A DNA stretch of 64,000 nucleotides. Origin: Myxococcales bacterium UBA1238 (GTDB lineage: Bacteria; Myxococcota_A; Bradymonadia; UBA7976; UBA1532). The position numbers and the translations under genes are program-made. Positions 1-8,137 of the stretch are shown here, piece after piece. A model generated the notes under the pieces. It saw nothing but the letters and a program-made list of their open reading frames with translations. It searched no databases and was not told the DNA's origin. The stretch spans positions 15,986 through 79,985 of the forward strand of contig DBWM01000011.1 in assembly GCA_002309015.1 (NCBI GenBank). The letters run 5' to 3'. The stretch's first letter is position 1, and every line of letters begins with the position of its first letter.

Positions 1-951
1 GCATCTTCCAGCTTGCAGAGTTCCCGGGCCAAAGGCGTGGGATCGAAGTCTTCACGCCGGCTTAACGCATAGAGCGCCTTCGCGCGCGATGATGAAAGGA
101 GCGTTTCATCCGCAACCATCGCCTGGAGCATGTGAAGCGATTCATTTTGATGGAGCTCCGCATAGGCGAGCCGGAGATCGCCGTTTTTGCCCCCGAGCAG
201 TTCATCCCTGAGCGCCACAATTTTTTCTTCGGATCCGAACTGCTCCTCCAGGTAACAGAGGGCTTTGGCCGCCGCATCCCCCGAGTCGTTCCGCGCGCGA
301 TCGATGATCGCTTCCTTGTAATCCGCGTAAGGTCGGCGCAACGCCTTTGCAAAGGCGATCGCTTCGCGCACCGCCTCCTCGATGCAGTTTGCATTTAATG
401 AAGACGTTAAGGCTTCGAGGCCGATCGAAAATTGTCCGCCCCAGTAACCGCCCATGGGGCTCGAGAAAATCTTTTGAATCTTTGCGCGCACGGGATCCGA
501 GAGCATGCCCATCAAAAGAGTGGGGATGCCGTCCACCACGAAGCGCTTGTCGAAGTTTTTGTCGCCCGTCTGCACGCCCATGCCCTCGTCCTCTTCGGTG
601 CGCAGGCGGAGTTCGAGATCCTCGGCCCAGTCGCTGCAGGAGACGCAAAAAGTCGGCGCGCGGGTCGCATCGATCGACAACAGAATTTCGCTGTCGGGTT
701 CGGGCCTGTAATGGTAGATGCGGCCTTCCTGAGTTTCTTCCATCCCCATCTGCTGCAGGGTTTTTCGCCAGTAATGCGGGCGCGCCCAGCGTTCGAGGGT
801 CGACATGCCCGTGGTCATCGCGCCGACCGCGGCCACAAAGGTGATGAGCGCGATGGGCCATGAATAGAGTCCCACAGGGAGTGCGACGGCGAGACAAATG
901 AGAAAAGCCAACCAGAGGAGCGCTACGGGCGGGCGATCTTTTGAGATCATG
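1..951 (-). CDS. hypothetical membrane-anchored protein; its C-terminus runs off the left edge of the window (absent from the supplied ORF track)
   Basis: ATG at 951-949 on the minus strand. My hand translation of this frame is stop-free to position 1 (317 codons): MISKDRPPVALLWLAFLICLAVALPVGLYSWPIALITFVAAVGAM..., followed by a soluble helical region (..AIAFAKALRRPYADYKEAIIDRARNDSGDAAAKALCYLEEQFGSEEK..). The listed 202..1272(-) ORF is a different, Arg-rich frame. Confidence 0.5.
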
Positions 952-1060
952 CGGCATGCCTTCCAAGGCCGTGAAAGTTTGTCTGATGATCTCTTGCGCC
1001 CCTGTTGTCAACGATTTCAGACAGTTGAATTGTTTGCGCTTTTCACTTAATGGGCGCGTT

Positions 1061-2950
1061 ATGTTTTTACGAGCGCTCGTCCGGCCTCTCTGCCTTTGGG
1101 CCATCTTTTTGACGCTTCTGTTTCGGCCCTCCGATCTGCGGGCCGAAGAGTTGCAGACGCCGATCCAAAGGATCGCTGCGCGGATCGCGGAGGCTGCATC
1201 GCGCGTTCCGCAAGCTGATCCGGCGGATCTTTTGTTTGAGAACGCGCATTCCCGGACGCTCTTTGCGGGCACGGGCTTTCACATCGCGCGCGCGCCCGAG
1301 GGACGCAGGATTGAGTTCATCCGATGCCTTTCGGCCGAGGTCTTCGTGCCCACCGAACCGCTCTACGATCTTTTGCGCCTGGCCAACTTCCTCCATGCAA
1401 CCACCAGAGAGCAGGTGATCCTGCGCGAGCTCGGCCTGAAAGAGGGCGATCCCTTTTTGCGCGAGCGTCTGGAGGACGCGCTTCGGAATTTGCGGGGCTT
1501 AGGCATCCTCACTGCGGCCGATGCATGGCCTGTAGAAGATGCGGACGGCCGGTTTGGTCTGCTGATCATCACGCGCGATCTCTGGAGTCTCCGCCTTGAG
1601 ACCCATTTTCAAATCACCGGACTCACGCTGGAGGAGGGTTTTCTGCAGCTTTCAGAGCGCAATCTTTTGGGGCGCGGCCTCAGCGCCTCCGTGAACACGT
1701 CGCTTCAACCCGTCACCTACGGGATCGGTGAGCGATTCTACGCGCGCAATCTTTCGGGCCTCGGGTGGTCCCTGGATCAGGCGGTCAATGCCTCGTTTGT
1801 GCGGACCGATCGATCCCTGGATCACAAGGGGCTCGATGGCTTTTCCGCCAGCCTCAACTGGGAGCGACCTTTTTATCATCTCGATCAACCCTGGGCCTTT
1901 GGGTTCCCCGTCTCGATCTCATGGGGTCACTCGCGGGCGCTGCGCGGGACCGAAGTTTTGACGTGGGATGATCCTTCGACAAAACCCGTGGAACAGTTCG
2001 AGCGCCGCTATGAATACAAGGCCGGATCCCTCGCTGCAAAAGCGATCCGGCAATGGGGCGGGGCCTACAAGCTCCGCGCATCCTTTGGTGCAAGCATGTA
2101 TCTCAGGGAGGCTTCGAGCGACCAAAATTTAGGCGAATCGGAGCGGGCCTTCATCGATGCGGTCATGTCTGAAGATCGGACGACCCTCGGGCCATTTCTG
2201 GGCGTCAGCTTTTTTAAAGCGCAATGGCACAGCTTCAGGGATCTCTCCACTTTTGGATTAAGCGAAGATCTCCGGCTGGGTCCGGGGGCAAGCTTTTCGC
2301 TCTCGCTGCCCTTCGATCTCACAGGCGCGGGCGATCACGCGGTCACCTTTGGCGCGGCCTTAAGCTACAGGGGGATCTTTTTAAACGAAGGCCTGTTCGA
2401 GCTCTCGATGGCCGCCGAAGGCCGCGCAGAATCCTGGGCCCTGGGTCAAAGCTTCGCGCGAGGCTTCGTAGAAGAAGAGTCGATGCTCCGCTTCCGCGCC
2501 GCAACCCCCAAAGTTTTTGGCATGCGCCTCGTCCTGCGCGCAGACGGCCGCTTCTTGCGCCAGAACCCCCGCCGCATGCTCACGCTCGGCGGTTCAAACG
2601 GCCTTCGCGGCTATGCGACCGACGCGCTTTACGGCTTTAATCAAAACCGCGCCCGTGGTAACCTCGAACTCAGAACCGGAGCCCTTGAGACCGCCTTCTT
2701 AAGGCTCGGTGCAGTTCTTTTCTACGATTGCGGCGGCTTTAAAGCCTACCATCACAGCGTCGGAACCGGCCTGCGCCTGCGCATCCCCCAGCTGAACCGC
2801 TCCGTATTCCGCCTGGATCTGGCCTCGCCCCTCGATGCAGCCGGCTTCACGGTCCTGTTCACCCTCGGATCCGCCCAGGCTGTCCCCGTAACCAGCCTGG
2901 AAGACGATCGCTTCGGCGCATCCGTAGGCGGCATCGCCGATCAACCCTGA
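1061..2950 (+). CDS. Omp85/BamA-family outer-membrane protein (POTRA-like segment plus 'bacterial surface antigen' beta-barrel)
   Basis: Internal ATG at 1061 gives a signal peptide (MFLRALVRPLCLWAIFLTLLF). POTRA-like REQVILRELGLKEGDPFLRERLEDALRNLRGLGIL. C-terminal Omp85 signature LGGSNGLRGY..GNLELR..FYDCGG..SVGTGLRLRIP..FRLDLASPL. Confidence 0.7.
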   Translation: MFLRALVRPLCLWAIFLTLLFRPSDLRAEELQTPIQRIAARIAEAASRVPQADPADLLFENAHSRTLFAGTGFHIARAPEGRRIEFIRCLSAEVFVPTEPLYDLLRLANFLHATTREQVILRELGLKEGDPFLRERLEDALRNLRGLGILTAADAWPVEDADGRFGLLIITRDLWSLRLETHFQITGLTLEEGFLQLSERNLLGRGLSASVNTSLQPVTYGIGERFYARNLSGLGWSLDQAVNASFVRTDRSLDHKGLDGFSASLNWERPFYHLDQPWAFGFPVSISWGHSRALRGTEVLTWDDPSTKPVEQFERRYEYKAGSLAAKAIRQWGGAYKLRASFGASMYLREASSDQNLGESERAFIDAVMSEDRTTLGPFLGVSFFKAQWHSFRDLSTFGLSEDLRLGPGASFSLSLPFDLTGAGDHAVTFGAALSYRGIFLNEGLFELSMAAEGRAESWALGQSFARGFVEEESMLRFRAATPKVFGMRLVLRADGRFLRQNPRRMLTLGGSNGLRGYATDALYGFNQNRARGNLELRTGALETAFLRLGAVLFYDCGGFKAYHHSVGTGLRLRIPQLNRSVFRLDLASPLDAAGFTVLFTLGSAQAVPVTSLEDDRFGASVGGIADQP

Positions 2951-2995
2951 TCGCAAGCCCGCGCATGTGGCGTGAGAAAGCCTGCGCGCGGGCGT

Positions 2996-3390
2996 GATGC
3001 GCGGATCACGGAAGTGGAGTGACGCGATCCGAGGACGCGATGCGCGGTGCGCGGAGGTGAAGTGACGTTGCGCGCAGGTTCGATGCGCGGATCACGGAAG
3101 TAAAGTGACGCGATCCGAGGACGCGATGCGTGGATCGCGGAGGTGAAGTGACGCGCAGCGCGGGTTTCATGCGTGGATCGCGGAGGTGAGGTGACGTGCA
3201 GCGCGGAGCGAATGCGGGGGGCATGGAGGTGAAGTGACGCGCAGCGCGGAGTGAATGCGTGGATCGCGGAGGTGAGGTGACGTGCAGCGCGGAGTGAATG
3301 CGGGGTGCATGGAGGTGAAGTGACGCGCAACGCGGGTTCGATGTGTGGATCGCGGAGGTGAGGTGACGTGCAGCGCGGAGTGAATGCGGG
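2996..3390. repeat. non-coding tandem array, about 9 units with an exact 43-bp period
   Basis: Unit starts, hand-indexed, at 2996, 3039, 3082, 3125, 3168, 3211, 3254, 3297, 3340 and 3383. Consensus is roughly GATGCGTGGATCGCGGAGGTGAAGTGACGYGCAGCGCGGAGTGA. Units are directly adjacent with no spacers. Confidence 0.9.
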
Positions 3391-3518
3391 GGCGCGCTTT
3401 GTTCATGGACGCGCGCGCAGGTTGCATCCGGGGATCAATCTTTTACGGCGTCAGGTTCGCAGGCGGGATCGGCGCGCAGGATCTCTTCGTCGGCTGGCGC
3501 GCGGGTGAGAGGGGGGGA

Positions 3519-4505
3519 TCACCGGACGCGGGTCATCTGGATCCAGGGGTTGCCGTTGCAGCCCTTTTCCAGATCGTTTTGATCCGGAGCTGGAGTCTGC
3601 TCTGCAATTTCCTTGGACTCTGCGTCCTTGCGGGTTGGGCAGTAGTACCAATGCCCATCCTGTTCGGGGATCCAGTCGAATCGGCTGTATGTGACAGTAT
3701 GGTTGGGAAGAATGGGGATCGGGCTGAGGATCGCGTAGTCTTCGCCATATTTGATGATGTTGTAGCCTTCGCTGGCCGTTTCGTTGGAACCTGCTCTGAT
3801 GATCCAGCCCGCGCGCTCAATGAAATGCTGATTGGACGCATCGTCTGTATGCTCGCCCATAAGTTCAAAATAGCATTGGCCTTTGGGCTGATCCCTGCAT
3901 ACAGGGATGGGCGTGAGCTGGATCCAGGCTTCTTCCCCGCAGCCACCTTGTGCAGGTGCGCTGCGATCGGCACCGGTGGCCTGCTCCGCTTCTGTCAAAG
4001 AGTTTGCGCTCTCCGTGATGGCGCAGATCCAAATCTCTTCACCTTGTGTGATCCAGTCGATGCGGCTGTACAGGCCGTTCAACTCTTCGCTCTCAAAGAT
4101 GTTCTTTGCGAGCACGTAGTCTTCGCCGATCTTTTCGAACCGGTAGCGCTTGGTTTCGCTAAAGATGGCCATGCCTTGCCGGACGGTCCAGTCCTCGTTC
4201 GTGATCACATGTGTTGCGCTGTCGCTTGCATAGTAGCCCTTCAGTGCAAAATCATCCTGCCCGCCGGCATCGTCGGTGCTGCTGTCGGCTTCAGCATCCT
4301 GCCCGCCGGCATCACCGGTGCTGCTGTCGGCTTCAGCATCCTGCCCGCCGGCGTCACCCGTGCTGCTGTCGGCTTCAGCATCCTGCCCGCCGGCGTCACC
4401 CGTGCTGCTGTCGGCAAAATCCTGCGGTTCGCGGTCGTCGTCGTCGTCGCAAGCCTGTAAACCGGCCATCCCGAGGATGAGCCCCATCATGCAAAACATT
4501 CTCAT
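3519..4505 (-). CDS. secreted lipoprotein with acidic tandem repeats and two copies of an unassigned ~110-aa domain
   Basis: Lipobox MGLILGMAGLQAC. 3x ADSSTGDAGGQDAE repeat. Two internal repeats share the pattern ..Y..D...H.I....W......F.K.GEDY.......YSR(I/F)DWI.....W.C........E.....GC....WIQ(L/M)T. GAGGGA lies 7 nt upstream of the ATG. Confidence 0.75.
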   Translation of the reverse strand: MRMFCMMGLILGMAGLQACDDDDDREPQDFADSSTGDAGGQDAEADSSTGDAGGQDAEADSSTGDAGGQDAEADSSTDDAGGQDDFALKGYYASDSATHVITNEDWTVRQGMAIFSETKRYRFEKIGEDYVLAKNIFESEELNGLYSRIDWITQGEEIWICAITESANSLTEAEQATGADRSAPAQGGCGEEAWIQLTPIPVCRDQPKGQCYFELMGEHTDDASNQHFIERAGWIIRAGSNETASEGYNIIKYGEDYAILSPIPILPNHTVTYSRFDWIPEQDGHWYYCPTRKDAESKEIAEQTPAPDQNDLEKGCNGNPWIQMTRVR

Positions 4506-4662
4506 TGCGTTTCCCTCGCTTCCTTTCTGCGATGCCGTTCCCTGCGCCCTCTCGCGCGCGCATCATGCCTGAAAGAACGGCCTCTTGCATCATTTTGCCC
4601 TTCAGTCAAAGCCGCGCCCAGACGCCATCCGCAACTTTCTATTCAAAAGCGATCCGCGTTTC

Positions 4663-4832
4663 CTGGGATCGCGCAGGCGGGATCCGCACCCCAAACCCGC
4701 GCCGCATCGCTTTCACTCGACGCGCGCGCAGGCCATACCCGCGCAGCATCGCTTTCACGCCACGCGGGCGCAGGCTACATTCGCGCAGCATCGCTTTAAA
4801 CGCGCGGGGGCGCAGGTTGCATCCGGGGAGCA
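4663..4832. repeat. degenerate 42-bp tandem repeats related to the 43-bp family
   Basis: CATCGCTTTCAC..GCGCAGG.. units start at 4705, 4747 and 4789. The 3' part (GCGCAGGTTGCATCCGGGG) matches a segment of the 2996-3390 array and of 3415-3440. Confidence 0.6.
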
Positions 4833-4912
4833 AACTTTTGCGGCGTTCGTATCGCAGGCGGGATCTGCGCGCAGGATCTTTTCGTCGGCCTGCGCGCAGG
4901 TGAGGTGGGGGA

Positions 4913-6022
4913 TCAATCCTGGGGAATCAGTCTGCTCCAGGGGGCGCCGTTGCAGCCGTTGGTTTCGAGCGCGGTGGGATCGGCCGTGGTGACCGCTTCA
5001 GCTTCTTCCAAAGTTGCGGCGCTGTAGGCGATCTGGCAGAACCAGATGTCACCGTTCGAGATCACCCAGTCGAAGCGGCTGAACTGATCCTGATTCCATG
5101 AATGCACGGTGTTCCTGGCGATCACATAGTTTGTAGCATATTTCTTGAAGGTGAAGAGCGAGGCGTCGGATTCGTAACCCAGGAAGCTCATGGTCCAGCT
5201 GTCGTTTTCAATGATGTGAGAGCTGCAGTAGTCGTCCGTGTAGGTCCCTGCAAGGGCAAACGCGCAGTCGTTCCCGCCATCATCCTGGCATGCAGCTTTG
5301 GGCGTAAGTTTGCTCCAGGGGTTCTCGAAGCATCCACCGCTTGCAGGATCGGTGCGATCGGCCTCGGTGACCGCTTCCGCTTCTTTTGCGCTCTCTGCAT
5401 CGTAGGCGATGCGGCAGAACCAGTAGTCGTCGCCGACTTTCTCCCAGTCGATGCGGCTGAACTTGCCGTAATGATCGCGCGTTGCGGCGTCGTTCTGGGC
5501 GATCACGTAGTTTGTGCCGACTTTCACGAACCTGAAGACCTCGGGATCATTTTGTTCATTGTCGTCTTTGACGGTCCAGGAGCTGTTCATAATGACGTGC
5601 TCCTCGTTCGCGTCTGTGGTGTACTGGCCGCGCAGTTCAAAATGGGGCGTCGCGACGATCGCTTCGGGGGTGCAGCTGGGTGGTTCGCTTGCATCGCCGG
5701 CGTCGTCCGTGCTGCCGTCGGTGTCGGTGGATGCATCGCCGGCGTCGTCCGTGCTGCCGTCGGTGTCGGCGTCCAGTTCGCCGGCGTCATCCGTGCTGCC
5801 GTCGGTGTCGGTGGATGCATCGCCGGCGTCGTCCGTGCTGCTGTCGGCTGTGGCGTCTGCATTGCCCGCATCGCCCGTGCCCGCGTCGGCGTTTGCGTCG
5901 GTCTCGACCGCTGCGTCGCCGTCACCGCCGTCTACATCGACGAGATCATCGTCGTCGATGTCGTCGCAGGCCCATAAACAAGCCACCCCAAGGATGGCAC
6001 TCAGGATGTAAAGTGATCGCAT
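4913..6022 (-). CDS. secreted lipoprotein, paralog of 3519..4505
   Basis: Internal ATG at 6022 gives MRSLYILSAILGVACLWAC (lipobox). Asp/Thr/Gly-rich repeats (GSTDDAGDASTDTD x3) are followed by the same duplicated domain (FSRIDWEKVGDDYWFCRIAY..GGCFENPWSKLTP; FSRFDWVISNGDIWFCQIAY..NGCNGAPWSRLIP). The 126 upstream codons of the listed ORF lie inside repeat DNA and look non-coding. Confidence 0.75.
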   Translation of the reverse strand: MRSLYILSAILGVACLWACDDIDDDDLVDVDGGDGDAAVETDANADAGTGDAGNADATADSSTDDAGDASTDTDGSTDDAGELDADTDGSTDDAGDASTDTDGSTDDAGDASEPPSCTPEAIVATPHFELRGQYTTDANEEHVIMNSSWTVKDDNEQNDPEVFRFVKVGTNYVIAQNDAATRDHYGKFSRIDWEKVGDDYWFCRIAYDAESAKEAEAVTEADRTDPASGGCFENPWSKLTPKAACQDDGGNDCAFALAGTYTDDYCSSHIIENDSWTMSFLGYESDASLFTFKKYATNYVIARNTVHSWNQDQFSRFDWVISNGDIWFCQIAYSAATLEEAEAVTTADPTALETNGCNGAPWSRLIPQD

Positions 6023-6299
6023 TGCGATGCCCTTTCTGCCCATCTGCAAATCGGTTCGCTCTGCGACGCTGCGCGAGCGTAACCTCTTCCGCGAAAGGCT
6101 GCTCATGATTTTGCTCCTGCATGGAAGCGGCGCGCGGGGATTTGTATCTGGCTTGCACCCCCAGGTGCTCACAGTAGCGGGACTGCGCCGGACTTGATCC
6201 GCAGATCGCACCGGACTTCCAAACGCCTGCGCGCTCGCGCTCCGCCCCCCATTGGGCGATGCGCGCGGCGCAAAAAACATGTTCGCGGGTGCAATGTCA

Positions 6300-6425
6300 A
6301 CTGCAGCGTTGTTTGAAAACTGCGGCGCAGGTTTTGTGGGCGGATCAAAAGAAGAAGAAAACTGCGGCGGGGGTTTGGCGGGCGCGCGTGCTTTGTTCAA
6401 AAAACGGCGCGCAGGTTGGGCGGGC
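6300..6425. repeat. short related repeats (GAAAACTGCGGCG..GG boxes)
   Basis: GAAAACTGCGGCGCAGGTTTTG, GAAAACTGCGGCGGGGGTTTGG and AAAAACGGCGCGCAGGTTGGG lie within ~110 bp. They are similar to the boxes at 10231-10549. Confidence 0.4.
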
Positions 6426-6446
6426 GAGCAGAAGTTTTAAAAACGC

Positions 6447-8003
6447 TCACTCTTCTTCGGCGTGCTTGGCCTTGTCGAAGTTGGCGCCCTTGGTGAACCA
6501 GCCCTTGAAGACCAAAGCCAAAATGGTGCCCGCCATCGCCACGCAACCGAGGATCAGGAACATCATGTAAGGTGAATCGACGTAGTCGACCTTGAACGCG
6601 GCGAGCTGCTGCTGCAGGAACAAGGGGTTCTCCTTCGGGGGCTCGGCGCACCAGCGCGCGAGCATGAGTCCGGAGCAGGCGGAAATTCCCATCTTGGCGA
6701 GGAAGTAGGGGAGGATCGACATCCCAAGATATGTACCTTCCTGTCCCTCGGGTGCGATGGCCGCCGTATATTCCTGCAGTCGCGGCGACCAGATGAGTTC
6801 TCCGATCGTCAGAATAAACAGGAAAATGAACGCCATGAGATAGGTGTAGTACACGAGCGTGTTGCCCTCTGTGAGCGGGGCTCCGACGAAGGACGTGACA
6901 AATTCGCGGAGGAACCCGGGCAGCGCACCGTAGAGCGAATGAATGAAGCTGTCTGTTCCGGGCGTGTTGGGGATGGCGCAGACAAACATGGAAAGCGAAC
7001 TGATGAACGCGCCCCCCACCAACATTTTGTAAACGTTGAAGCGCTCGAGGATGGGGATGAGCACGATCAATCCGATGATGACGAGGATCGGGTTGAAGGC
7101 CTGGAGCGCGCCAATCTTAGCGTCGGGTCCGATGACGCGGAGCCAGAACTTGGGATGTAAAAGAGAGATGTAAAGGAACACGGCCCGCACGCCGAGGAGT
7201 AAGGTGATGAGCGTCACGAAGCGCCAGAAGACGCCGTCCGAGAAAACCTGCCGCGCGATCTCGATCATGCTGCGCTTCGGCTTGTCCTCTTTCTTTTCTT
7301 CCACCTCGGGCTCTTCGCCGGGGCTGTATAACTGATCGGTGTTGCGGATCGTGAGCAGGGTGATCACGATCGTGAGCACTGCGGTGAAGGCGCCGAGGGT
7401 CATGATGTGATATCGGGGCAGCCCGAGGTCGAGATAGAAGATGTCGACGATGAATCCGCCGCCCATCGCGCCCACGTTCATGAAGAGATACCAGAGGTTA
7501 AAGCCTGCAGAGCGGGATCGCTTGGTGGTGAAGCGCTTGTTGGCCGCCTGAAACACGGTCTGAAGCATCGCCATGAACGGCGCCATCAGCGCGAGCGCCC
7601 CCACGACCACCACGTCGCGCAATACAGAGTTCGGCATCGCCATGCCGGCCACCGCGAGCGTTCCGCGCGTAATCCCGAGCCCGGCCAGCGCCACGTAGAG
7701 CGACTTCTTAATGCCCAGCCAGTCGGAGATCATGCCCGAGATCAACAGGAAAATCGATGTGAGCGAGGAGAAGACCGTGAATGCCCAGCCTGCGGTTTTG
7801 TCGGAGAACCCGTAGTTCTCGGTCAGCATGACGACCACAATGTTGAACATGGCAAAGTAAGCGACGCAGTCGAGTGCGTTGATCGCCTGCAGGCCCCAGA
7901 ACTCCTTGCGCGTCTCTTTTAAGACGGCAAAATCCTTGAAGTACTGGACGATGAAGTTGGCTTTCTTTTTGGGGGATCCGGTTTGGGGTTCGGTTTCGGT
8001 CAT
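6447..8003 (-). CDS. MFS-type transporter (possibly POT/PTR2-like peptide transporter)
   Basis: About 12-14 hydrophobic segments and a central charged loop (SPGEEPEVEEKKEDKPKRS). ATG at 8003 (MTETEPQTGSPKKKANF) is preferred over the upstream start. The family call is by overall architecture only. Confidence 0.65.
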   Translation of the reverse strand: MTETEPQTGSPKKKANFIVQYFKDFAVLKETRKEFWGLQAINALDCVAYFAMFNIVVVMLTENYGFSDKTAGWAFTVFSSLTSIFLLISGMISDWLGIKKSLYVALAGLGITRGTLAVAGMAMPNSVLRDVVVVGALALMAPFMAMLQTVFQAANKRFTTKRSRSAGFNLWYLFMNVGAMGGGFIVDIFYLDLGLPRYHIMTLGAFTAVLTIVITLLTIRNTDQLYSPGEEPEVEEKKEDKPKRSMIEIARQVFSDGVFWRFVTLITLLLGVRAVFLYISLLHPKFWLRVIGPDAKIGALQAFNPILVIIGLIVLIPILERFNVYKMLVGGAFISSLSMFVCAIPNTPGTDSFIHSLYGALPGFLREFVTSFVGAPLTEGNTLVYYTYLMAFIFLFILTIGELIWSPRLQEYTAAIAPEGQEGTYLGMSILPYFLAKMGISACSGLMLARWCAEPPKENPLFLQQQLAAFKVDYVDSPYMMFLILGCVAMAGTILALVFKGWFTKGANFDKAKHAEEE

Positions 8004-8137
8004 CGCATTTCCTTTGCGCGCGGCCCGCATGGGCGGGGCAGATTTTTAAAACCCGGGCAGATCGCAAAACATGCGGGATTTGTCAAGGTTACAAACTTTG
8101 CACCGCACCCTGAGTCCCTACTTTTGCGCCCGAAGTT

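Noticed and set aside
202-1272. 356-aa minus-strand ORF spanning the first intergenic region
   Set aside because: It is Arg/Ala/Gly-rich, crosses the divergent promoter region and the Omp85-like gene start, and is out of frame with the convincing TM-containing frame that starts at 951.
2996-3390. CRISPR array hypothesis for the 43-bp arrays (also 9731-10130)
   Set aside because: The units abut directly with no unique spacers, unit identity is only ~75-90%, and no cas genes are nearby.
2941-3427. Long ORFs (129, 72 and 86 aa) on the minus strand inside the 43-bp repeat array, and similar ones at 9674-10356 (172, 190 and 97 aa)
   Set aside because: They lie entirely in tandem-repeat DNA whose 43-bp period is not a multiple of three. 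Several frames are open at once simply because the G/C-rich unit lacks stop codons. The translations are Arg/Pro/His/Ser-rich low-complexity strings.
4913-6400. Full 495-aa version of the second lipoprotein ORF
   Set aside because: The first 126 codons run through repeat DNA and give a Pro/Ala/Ser/Arg-rich sequence. The ATG at 6022 gives a canonical lipoprotein signal and is homologous to the paralog's N-terminus.
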